Part shown: piece after piece, positions 52,817 to 64,000 of the stretch
Position numbering within the stretch: the stretch's first letter is position 1
Layout of the letters: every line of letters begins with the position of its first letter
NCBI GenBank assembly: GCA_000165425.1
Contig: CT868041.1
Coordinates: 1 to 64,000, forward strand
From: Paramecium tetraurelia
Lineage: Eukaryota
DNA length: 64,000 nucleotides
Reading direction: 5' to 3'
Translations under genes and position numbers: made by a program
The notes under the pieces: generated by a model
Told to the model about the DNA's origin: nothing
The model's database searches: none
The model's input: the letters and a program-made list of their open reading frames with translations, nothing else

Positions 52817-54378
52817 ATGAAACCATTCTTACCTCTCAATGGTAATCAAAGCATTCCCACTGATAAAATAGATTCCTATATCTCATATATGGTATATAAT
52901 GTTAAAACAATATAGTCCCAAGTGTACAGTGTTTAATAATTTATGCTCATTCAGGCGCAAAATTAGATCATGTAGGCTCAACTATTAAAATTGCAAAGCG
53001 GCACTTAAAACTAGAATGTCATTTTGCAATAAAAAATAAGATAATTGTTAGAACAGATTTTATAAAAAGGAACATAGATTTCCATCAAAGACTCTATTCC
53101 ATCTTCTAAAATGCCAATTTTGGCTAAATATATAGCTAACATTTTTATATATCTAATGAAATAATGTTCTTCAGATTAAGATGAAATCACATTGAATTAT
53201 ATAAAGGACCCAAATTCAATTGTTGTTGATTAGAAACAATGGGATTTAATATGTGAGATAATCAGTAAGAAGTTAGTTTGTCTTGGAGCAAATGATATAT
53301 GTTGCACTAATGGTATTGATTATAATTTTTATATAGATTCTTAAATTGGAATTATTAGTCAATCCTTATTATTTAGTAGTATCATTAGGAAAGTGATATT
53401 CAAGAAATTACATACTTAAAATGAGGGTGGAAGTGCTCAATAGATAAGCTTTTAAACTCTGAACGATTTATTGGGATAGGAGAGCAGATCAGATGAATTC
53501 CTATATAAATTTTTATGTGAAGAGGACAAGAACACGATGACTAGACAGTCATGTTAGATATCTTTAGAAAAGATGTTCCAAAAAAGCAATTAGTACTTTC
53601 ATTAATCAAACCTAATAGAGTAAATTATTGAGAATTAAAAATAATTTACAGTTAATGGAAATTTTGAGCATCATGCTGAAAAGGTACAATGATGAAACTA
53701 TTAACCCTAGTACTTGAACATAATTAAAATATACTAGAATTGTGATCAAAAACAAGTGACTGAACAATTAGTCAATGGATTATTCTTGAATTCTTAGCAA
53801 ATAGATTGTAAAGAGTTCATCTTCAATTCCAATCAACTTGAGGAGAAACTCTAAAAAATCTTATTTATGTTTGTGGAATTAGTAAGAATAGAGAATTCCA
53901 TAATCTAGATAGTGTTGGAAAATAAAATGTAAAATAGTTGTTTATAAACTTTAGATCTGAAGAACCTTAGAAAAACCCTCTGGAATACTATGCTAGGTTG
54001 ATAGAGAAGATAAAGAACAAATGTAGGAGTAAGGAGGATGAGTTTTGCAATTGTAAAAGATGTCAGTGCATAAAGAGAAATCGAGATAGTGCTCGAGAAG
54101 CACAGAAGAGAAAGAGGGAGGCTCTGGAGAAGATAGGCCCACTGTAGTAGGAGTATGAGAAGATAAACAAGAAGGTATCATAGTAGTGAGTATTTTAGGT
54201 TAAATTGTTAGAGTTCGACAATTCAAAACTGAAAGCAGCTTTATTCGAAGCTTTAAGAAACCCAGTAATAGAAAATATTATCAAAACACAATATTAAAGT
54301 GCTTTTTCCAATATAACAAATATGATGTAGCAGGAATCATAAGAAGTATACAAAGAGGAGGATTAATCGCAATCATGA
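52817..54378 (+). CDS. bZIP transcription factor with a Cys cluster directly before the basic region
   Basis: KCRSKEDEFCNCKRCQCIKRNRDSAREAQKRKREALEKIGPLQQEYEKINKKVKLLEFDNSKLKAAL: N-x7-K/R basic motif plus heptad hydrophobics; several tiny introns. Confidence 0.75.
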
Positions 54379-54439
54379 GAGTAGATTGATTTTTTATTTG
54401 TATGTAATGTTTATGCTTCACAATAGAAATATATAATTA

Positions 54440-57400
54440 TCATATAATAGCTGATAAGCTTATTATTAATAGAATTATGGCTAAGTAATTTTCAGCCTTT
54501 AGACAGCCAGGACATATTTCCACATTTATGGGTTTTTCTTCATAAACAAGACATTATCTTAATTATTAATCCCATACGCAATCATTCAAATATCCACACT
54601 CTTTAATATTGAATCTGAATTGACATTATGGTATGCAAATCTAGAAATAATTAATATATCACTTACATTAATTTCTTTATTAAAAGTGCATCTTGAAGCT
54701 GGACAAGTCTCCGAATTATAAGTTTAGCATCCTTTGGATTAACATTTATTTCTATAGATATCGTAATGACAGAAATCCTCTTCTTATAAACAATGACATG
54801 AATCTGTAATTTCTTCACATTGGATACAAACATCTTTGAAATTTACACAGACATAATCAGTAATTTGAGTTCCCCTGCAACTAACGAAAGCTTAAGGTAG
54901 ATATCTGCATCCAGCTTGACAGAAAGATGGCTAGTCATCTAATTTGAACCAACCGCATTTCTGATTTGCATATCCGTTATCACTACATTCTTTTTCCGAT
55001 GAATTTAATTCGCAACTCACTTGTTCTAGACATCTTTTCTTACTATTTTTCCAATAGCAATTTTCTTTAGGACAACTGGTTTCATCCATGTAATTGTTAC
55101 ATTATTTATTCGTACATTAGTCATTGCCATAGATACAATATTCTAGATTCTTTTGACAAGCAATAAGATCCAATTATTAACAATTCAGGAGTGTTTCACA
55201 TTGAATATTATCATTAGAATATCCCTTCTCCACACAAGGTCTATCTTTTATTACATAGCTCGAACATGATTTAACTGCATTTTTGATATCCTAACAATCA
55301 CGGGCTGGCTAACATATTCCTTGTTTATCCTTATAGCAAATGTAGCCATATACTATTTCACCTTCACACTCTTCTCGATCACTGCATGACTTTTCTTTAC
55401 AAGTACCTTAGTTCTAAGATTTTATCAGTTCATTACTAATCCTTGTTGGAAAAGAATCATTATAATAACATTCATCCCTTGTTTAACATTGATCAAAATC
55501 TTGGATTTATGAGCATGGCCTCTTCAATTCAAACAATCTTGTACACTCACATTTCTTATCAATCCACTGACATATTGGTTATTTGGCATTGCATCCCAAT
55601 TAATTGATACCCATCACTTGGCAACTGTCAAATAAATCAGTAGATACACAACCATTTTTCAATTCACTGTACTTACATTGATCTCTGGTTATTTAAGCAC
55701 AAACAGTGTAATGAGCTTTATCTGCATCTTAACAATTTAGGTCTAGATCGTCGCTGTATTTTAAGCATCTGCCTTCATAAAATACACAGTTCTTTATCTG
55801 AGCACAACCAAATTTATTTAATCCAGCCGTATCGCAACCTTATTATTGCTCAGATGACCATTTACATGAATTTGAACTTTTGTCATAAGCGCATGGATCC
55901 TTGTGACCAACCAAAGAACATAACATTGCATTCACCAATTTAGGTTATTCTGAACATAAACCAAAAGGAGTATGTTCTTAGCATTAATAAATATTGAGTT
56001 CCTTATTTAAAACCCATTTACATGATTAGCTAGTTAAGTTTAGACATGCATATTTGTTCAAGCCTATGTGATTGCATTAAACAGTTTTTAATTAAACATA
56101 ATCACAACCTAATTCTGCTCCTCCACAAGGCAATTAAACATCCAACAGAGAGCAGGATGTTGGAGTACGGCCTATTTTCTAACAAGTACTCTCAGCAATT
56201 TCTTCTTAATTAGCTATTTTCTTTTTTTAATTTACTATTGCTTTGCAAGCTTTGATTTTATTATCCCAAACACAGAGTTCATTCTTAACTTTGATGCAGG
56301 CATACATATTTATAGACATTAATCCTTAACTGCAAGTTAATTGATTAAAATCAGTTACAACTTAACACATCTTATTGATTGAATCATACATCATCGGTTA
56401 TGGATCAGTAATTAATCTACAAACGTTGGCATTGACATTTGAGTAAGATTCTAATACTAATTTATTACTGATATCGATCTTCAAAGGCTCGCATTTTTCA
56501 TTTATCCATTGGCAATACGTGTTAGTTGTAACTATATTTAAGCAAGATAAATAGCTCAGGTTTTGTTCGCACTTTGATGAATTGAATTTTTCAAAAGATT
56601 TGCAATATTTATGTGGAGAATTTTAATCATTCGCTACATCTAGATCCCAATAACATTGTGAATTAGTTTATTATAGACAAGCATTTTGATTAATATTATC
56701 AAGACAATTATCAGTATTTTAGATTTCTTGAAATAATAAACATTGATAATCATTAAAAATACACATTTATCCTGGTCTTTTGATTTAAATACAAGCTTAA
56801 TGATTACCTGAGTTTTGAGATATAAATTAACAAGTATCTGATAAATCTTATTATTTTAATTAACATTAATCTTAATTCCAATAACAAGGTATATTAGGTA
56901 TTCTTTTACACTATTATGCACTTTAAACTGAATCACAAGTCAATGGTATAATTTATATACATTTAAAATTGAAATGATCAAAAATACAAAATTTATCTAA
57001 TAATGAATAACAAACATTTCTTGATGCATTTTAAATTGTATTACATTCTAATTTTTAATTTATTTATTAATCATAATAATTACATTTATTATTATTCCAT
57101 TAACATTTGAATTTAGTTTAAAATAAACAAGATTATATAGTTAATGCTTTTTAACAACATTATTAATGATCATCATTAATACAATTTAATATATCTGAAT
57201 TAAAACCATAACAATAATTAAAGAATTAACATTAATTAGTATTTGAATTTAATGGAATACATGCTAATTTATTTAATCCTCTTGGACATGTTAAATCTTA
57301 TTATTCTTATTTTGATTCTATACAAGAGTTATTTAATGGATCATATATACATCCTATATCTTATGTTTATTCACAAAATTCATAATTATTAATCATTTTT

Positions 57401-60400
57401 ATATCTTTACAATTCTTTACTTTATAATCTTAAATATTCTCATTCTAACATTTATTATCATAATATCTACAATATTATCCTTTTGTTTATAATTATTTAC
57501 AACCTACTTAATTTTCAATATCTGAACAATTTAATGTTTTTTATAATTCACTTGTTATTAATTGACATCTTTATTAACTATTTCTATAACATCCCTCCAA
57601 TAATACATTCCTACAATTCTCTATTTATTATGCCTATTAACAATAATATAAATTATTTTCATCAAATGTTTAACATTTGTTATCAATAAATATGCAATTA
57701 TTACTTTTTGCACATGCCTTTTCATTATATCCAAAATAAACCAAATTACTACTTTAACATTAAATAATCTCCCCATTACCCAATTTTATACAATTTTTAT
57801 TATCTAAATCATACCTGCATTCAACATCAGTAGTGGCTTAACAAAAGTTTCCATGATTGACATTTTTAATCTGTTCACACTATTGGTCTTTGTAAGTAAA
57901 CCAATCTTTTTCATAGCATATGTTATTGGTATATTAACAATATTGTAATGGTGTTTTTAAGTTTACGCAAGCGTAATAATTTAAATAGTCCTTACATTCT
58001 AAAGTAGTAAGTTGAGTGTTAGTGGTTTCTTTACATCCATCATCCCAGAATGTTTTTCTTTAATCTATGTCATAAATTTGACAAGTGAGAATATTGAAGG
58101 ACACTCTGCTTTACCAATCTTGACTTCTAGAGGGTGTTTCAAATTTAGATGGATTAGTGAATACTTGACACATTTTTGTATCAAAATTGTAATAACAAGG
58201 GAAATCTGTGGCTTAAGAACAAGTAGATGGATTAGTTTAGAAGTTTTTAATACAAGATTTTAGATCCGATTCAGATATTATTTAGATACACCCTAGAGTT
58301 TAATCAAATTTACAATTCTGTTACCTATCTCTTAGATTAAGACATTTATCTCTATTGATTTTATCTGTGCATTTGGCCTACTAATAATAAGGAGTGCATT
58401 AGTTCATTTCATATTTGCAGTCCTATCCGCTAGTGTAGAAAATGCAACTCTTTTCATTCAATCCTGAAATTGAGCAGTTCTAATTAGTAGTAACCTTAGA
58501 ACAACCTCGAATGTTAATGTCATATTTGCAGGGGATATCAGTTGTTTTGACACAAATACTTTCATTTACTATTGCTTTTAATTGTTCTAATTATTCACAA
58601 TTATCAGTGGGCTAAAAGGCTTGACAACGAGCATTAACAAATTTGCATTAAGCATCACTTTGGGTACAAGCAAGCCAATTTAATGTTTGAGAACATGTAG
58701 ATTAAGATGCTACACTGATTGATTGGCATTGATTATCTAAATATTCACATTGTGATTTTGTTTTTTATAAACAAGCATTGATATTCATACCTCTCAATTG
58801 ACAATCCGATATAGTAGGTTCTTGGTCTGAAATATCGATGCATTTGCCTTTGGATTCTAAAAATACTAAACTAGTTGTTGGTTTGGTTTGGAGATCAACT
58901 GTTAGACAAATGTAATCAGAATAACTGTAATCTATTTCATACAAAATCTCGTTCAAATTTGGATTTAAGAATTATTCACATTTATCAGTGAATTTGCATT
59001 CTGCTTTTTAACTTAAACAAGCTTCTTTGTTTAAGTAGTTTTGACAACCTAGATTGACCTCATTAGATGTTTAACAAATGTTATTCTAATATTTACATCT
59101 TCCAATGCTTAATTATACACAACTCTTTAGGTTGATGCCAGGAGTATTGCAATAGATCAAATCAATTACAGTTACTTCTCTGCATTTAAATTATTGATCG
59201 ATTAAATAGTTTTTATATTCACTTATCAATGAACATGTTTGAGCATTATTTTGGATAATAGACTTTGATTCAGCACTTTATAAAAAGTTGGCGTAATTTA
59301 TAATGTTGATAAGTTCAATACATTCTTAATTTACAGACCAACCGCAGGGCACAAGTTATTAATTTAAGCATGCATATTTATTTAATCCTTTGCATGTATT
59401 GGGAAGTATTTTATCTTTTTTTGTGCATTTGTTATTTTCCCATACACAATTTTAAGCCATGGATAAATTACAAAGATTTTATTGATCTTGCACAAATTCA
59501 CATTAAGCTTTGAAAGGATTGAATTCAGTGCATTATTTCAATTAAGGATCAAACCAACATAAATTTTATTAACTTTGATAACAAGCATCATAATTTAATG
59601 TTGAACAATCTACTATATCATCACTTGCTATTTAAATTTCCTTACACTAGGATTAATCCCATTTGCATTTAACATTCCTTGCATTCCTCAAACAAGATAT
59701 TTTATTCAAATATTCACATTTATTTATGAGAGTATCATCATTTAATGCCAAACATTACAGCCTTTTTAGATCATATTGAGCTGGTTAGTCTTTACACTTT
59801 TGACATGCCTTTAGAGAAACAACCATCGATCCTAACATATCATCGCATGTAATATGAGTGGCATCCTAACATGAATCTATGTATTTGCATGCTTAAGCAA
59901 CACTTGCACAAGCTTGCTATTTTGATTTAGCATCTCGAAGATCTAATAGGTTGACCCTATAACACAAAGAAAATGGATTATTTGCATCTTATTGAAGTGG
60001 CTGTTTAGTTTATTAGCAAATTCCCAAGGAAGAGAAGTCACAATTACACTTCTCACATAAAGTTTGACTATAACTTGAATCGCATTTACATGCAAGTGTG
60101 TCATCAAGATTAGGTTCACTAACACACTCACTTCCAGAAAATCTGCATTCATCAGTTGCTCTTGCACATAATGAATGTTATGCATCCTCTTTTTTGACCT
60201 TTGCGCAGTTGAAATAGGAATTATAAAATAAGTTATCTTTGCAATCATTGAACTCCTTAATGATAGTATAACATGAATCACCAGGTTTTGCAGATTTTTC
60301 CCCTTTTGAACATGCTACCTTCTTTGTTTTGCTTCCTAAACAACTGTCCATTGACATACTATTGCATTAAGGTAATTTATCCTAATTGTCTTCTAATTTA

Positions 60401-63400
60401 ATACATCCACCTTGATTTATATCAAAATAACAGCGCTATTTCACATATTCAAGACAAAGAGCCTCAGAATAAATGTTCTCACACTTTTCAATTTCCCTTA
60501 TTTTAGATATGCAATAAGGTTCTACTAAATAATAATCTTAATAATCGCACTTTTTTTTATAAGCATAAATGTCCTTTACCTGTTTAGGACAGTCATTATG
60601 ATATTTACAATCTTCTTTGGTATATTAACAATAACACTTTTTGTCATCAAAATCACAATCCTCTTCTTTTATGGGTTCGTACTCTAATTCTTTTGTTACC
60701 TCAGTTACTTTATAATATGTTATTGTTGTTACATCATCTATTTTATTTTCACTGTAAAAAGTATAATTAGAATATAAAGGTGGATTTGTTGTGAAATAAT
60801 AACTATATACATTTATATAATGCGATCTTCTTTTCAATACTCTACAATATTACATATCAGTATATTTGAGATTATCTTTGGTTATGTACTCCTAACCACA
60901 ATCTGAATCTTGGTTACAAAAATTAGTTTATTAGCCTTAAAATCCACAACGATTTCCACAAGTCTATGTGTTGTTTGTTGGAAATGTCACTTTCATTTTT
61001 CCATTAATATAATCCAATTAAATATTAGTTGTTTGATATGGAATACAATCATCATCAGACCTACATGTATTATGAGTCTTAGCACATTCCGAAGGTAGTT
61101 TAATTTATTAATTACCTACAAATTTAAAGCCACCTGCATATCTAATCTAATAAGAACAGCCATCTCCAAATTATTCAGGTTATGAATTCTAATTTAAACA
61201 TACTTTTAATGGTTTTTTTACCCAATTATTCTTATCAAAAAATGTCAATACTGGAACAAAGATGCTACATGAATAATACAACTAATCCCAAAAACAATAT
61301 TTCTCGTATAAGCAGTTCTATGCGTTCTCTGAATTTTGATAACACTATTAGATACCAAAATTTTCAATACTTTTTGGATCAATTGATGAACAAGCCAATT
61401 TATTATAGTATTTCTTTTCTTTTATACTATCAGCTAACTTTGAACACTTTTCTTGAGGTCCTATTTCAACATTAACACATCTCAGACTGCTTTGCTCAAA
61501 AATGCATGTCATAGGTATATTCATACAGACCTCAATGTTTATCAATATTTACGAGTTCTAGTCTGAACATTAATTATATTCTCCTTAAAATGGCTTGCAT
61601 TTTTTTCTCTAATACTCCTCTGTCACATCATAATAACATTTATGTCCTTTAGTTAGATACAAACAAGCATACTCGTTCATCCAATATTCAGAACAATCCT
61701 TAGTGTTTGAGGTATCTGGTAATACTTCACATTTATCAGATCCATATACGTATCCAGATCCACTTATTAGTGAACAGGCATCTTTTGTATATAAATTACT
61801 AGAATTTAACTTTTTAAATTCAACATCTGATATCGCATTGAATCTTTGGCATTACAAATCATCAGCATTCCAATAGCATGGTTCTTTCACTACTTATAAA
61901 CATAGGATTTTATTTAGATTGCTTGAACAATTCAAAGTACTTATATCAGTAAGATTCTCATAACATTGAAGGGTATTGATATCCCATCTACAATTTCCAT
62001 TGACATTATTATAACATGCAATTTAATTGGCATCTTTGACATGACATACATTTTCATAAGTTTCAAATGTAGCACATAGATTATCTTTAAATAAGCATTT
62101 CTATCCTTTTTAAGAAATTAACTTGCATACTTTTTCGCTGACCTTACCTTTATCATTGAAATAGTTGCATTCCACTTCTTTTGGGGCTTATTAACATTTA
62201 TCAGAGGCAAATGAAAAATAACATGGGCTCACTTTATTTTGAATACATGCTTTTATATTTAAATTTGCATCACAGGCTTCAATTTTATCAACCGAATAAT
62301 TCATTATGGTTTCACATTTCAATTAATCAGAATTCCATTTGCAATAATTATTTCCTGTAAACCTCAAACAGAGATTTCTGTTTCCTAAAGCATCTTCACA
62401 TTTGGCATAGGGAGTCTCTGACTCAGGAATTAAGATTTTACACCTTCGATTAACTTCATCAAATGTAAAGTATTTATCAACTAATGATTCTGCTTCAATG
62501 GCAAAGCATGTGTATTTATTTGTTATTGTTGGTTCTTAAATAAGATCTTTGAGGGAAGATTACTCTTTAAGGTTGATATTGAAGCATGAATTTCCTAAGT
62601 GCACACACCTTTAAGTAGTGCTCCATTCAATCATTGAACAAGAATTGATGTTCATTTAAGAACACTTGAATTATTTGAAATTGTAATAACTCTTTACTGC
62701 TTCTGGATCTAGAACATTTGCTATGTCTGATGTTAATTCTTTGCATCTTCCTTCATCAAAATAGCAAAAAACTCCAGGGTCTTGAAATGAATATCTACTA
62801 CAAGAATGCGCGTTTATCCCAATATCCTCAGCATCTGTGCAACATTTTGTTTTACAATTATCATTTTTTATCTAACAGGTGTTGAGATTGTAATTATATT
62901 TGCAATATCCATAATTTAAAGTTAATGATTTGTCTTTAGATGCATCAATATTATAGTCTGGAAAGCTCATTTCAATCAGAGTGCATGTGTTCGCATTCAT
63001 TTAGTAACCTAAAGTAAGACAATTGCTGTTAAAAGGAATGCTAGCCTTAGCACATTTGCCACTACTAGTTTGCCAGATACAGTACTCTCCTTTCTTTGTT
63101 ATACTTAAACACATAGGCTTTGATGGTGAATTCTTATCGCATGATAGTTGTTCTGAAATGTTGGATGAAGGATCATTCAAGCACAAAGACAAATCCTCAT
63201 TAAAGTAGCAAAATCCTTCTGCTATCATGCAAGCATAACGATTTAAACCTATTTCTTCACATTTCATATGATCTTTGGCAGTAGTCACACATGAGAGTTC
63301 ATCCACATCATATCTACAAATTTCCTTTTAAAATTCAACATAGTTACAGGCTCTAGCATTTGCCCATTGAAGACTAAAGCAAGGTACAGCTGAAATCATA

Positions 63401-64000
63401 GCTTTCTTGTCAATAAATACACATTTATCTTATTTCCACATACATGCAACTCCATTTGTTGTTATTGATCCACAAGCTACTCTATTCAAACCTAAACTAG
63501 TGTTCTCACAGGAGATACTATTTAATAACTGAAGATCTAGCTTTTATTGTTCTTTTTAAGAATCATTTTGTAATTTTATTTGTAAAGTAACACATTTTTG
63601 TTAGATTTGATTATAATAGCACCCTCTAGAATTATTTTCAAAAACTTAAGAACAAGCCTAAGGATTTGCATATTATAATGATTCGCATGTAGTAAAATAT
63701 GGAATTACTTGAACAGAAATACATTGATAATTGATCCATTTACATGTTTTCTTATTTTTTACATTATTTATACTAATACAACCTTTTTGATTAATAAATG
63801 GTGTATCACAATCATCATCAGGTGTGCTATTGACACATAAATTTGTTTTTTAATCATATTTACATAGAACATTGGGTTTAGATATAGCTTAACATACATT
63901 CCCATTTACTTTTATTGATTGATCTTCAAACTATAATGGACAATCAAAATCTTGATTCATGAATAATCTTGCACATTAAAATCCATTCCATTTACAAAAT
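54440..64000 (-). CDS. Giant cysteine-rich surface protein, paralog of 24189-34465 (5' end outside the window)
   Basis: Collinear with the first copy, e.g. DFDCPLQFEDQSIKVNGNVCQAIS vs DYDCPLNFNDQRIRVNGNVCQAIS and MNINSCSMIEWS vs MNINSCHMIEWS; hydrophobic tail ENYLAIILLIISLSAII* (TGA 54440-54442). Confidence 0.88.

Noticed and set aside
1..64000. CRISPR arrays, prokaryotic defence operons, tRNA/rRNA, telomeric repeats, transposons or retained IESs
   Set aside because: None recognised by eye; the repeats present are protein-level (Cys-rich, MORN, ankyrin, TPR). Short TA-bounded IESs or small ncRNAs cannot be excluded without comparative data

Overview
This is eukaryotic ciliate DNA, most likely Paramecium macronuclear sequence, not a prokaryotic window. 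It is very AT-rich, TAA/TAG read as Gln (genetic code 6, TGA the only stop), introns are 20-30 nt GT..AG, and intergenic spacers are tiny. The supplied standard-code ORF track therefore fragments or misses almost every gene, so I re-read the genes by hand in code 6; exon boundaries are manual and approximate. About 24 genes are supported. They include two vWA-alpha-kinases with different N-termini (ubiquitin-like + coiled coil; tandem CCCH zinc fingers), a sestrin, a small Tim protein, a TTLL ligase, a CCDC17-like protein, a MORN protein and two ~10 kb paralogous Cys-rich surface-protein genes. Also present are an RPA1-like OB-fold protein, Eaf6, two tandem ankyrin paralogs, a P-type cyclin, a TTC7/Ypp1-like TPR protein, eS31 fused to a divergent UBL, a Hook-like protein, a PX-START-like protein and a bZIP factor. 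The best candidate for an undescribed system is the modular 'sensor-vWA-alpha-kinase' pair, especially the apparently intronless CCCH-vWA-alpha-kinase-Zn protein. Other highlights are a sestrin that lacks the peroxidase residues but keeps the leucine/GATOR2 residues, and a swapped variable cassette in the two giant surface proteins. All family calls rest on motif recognition by eye; no searches were run.
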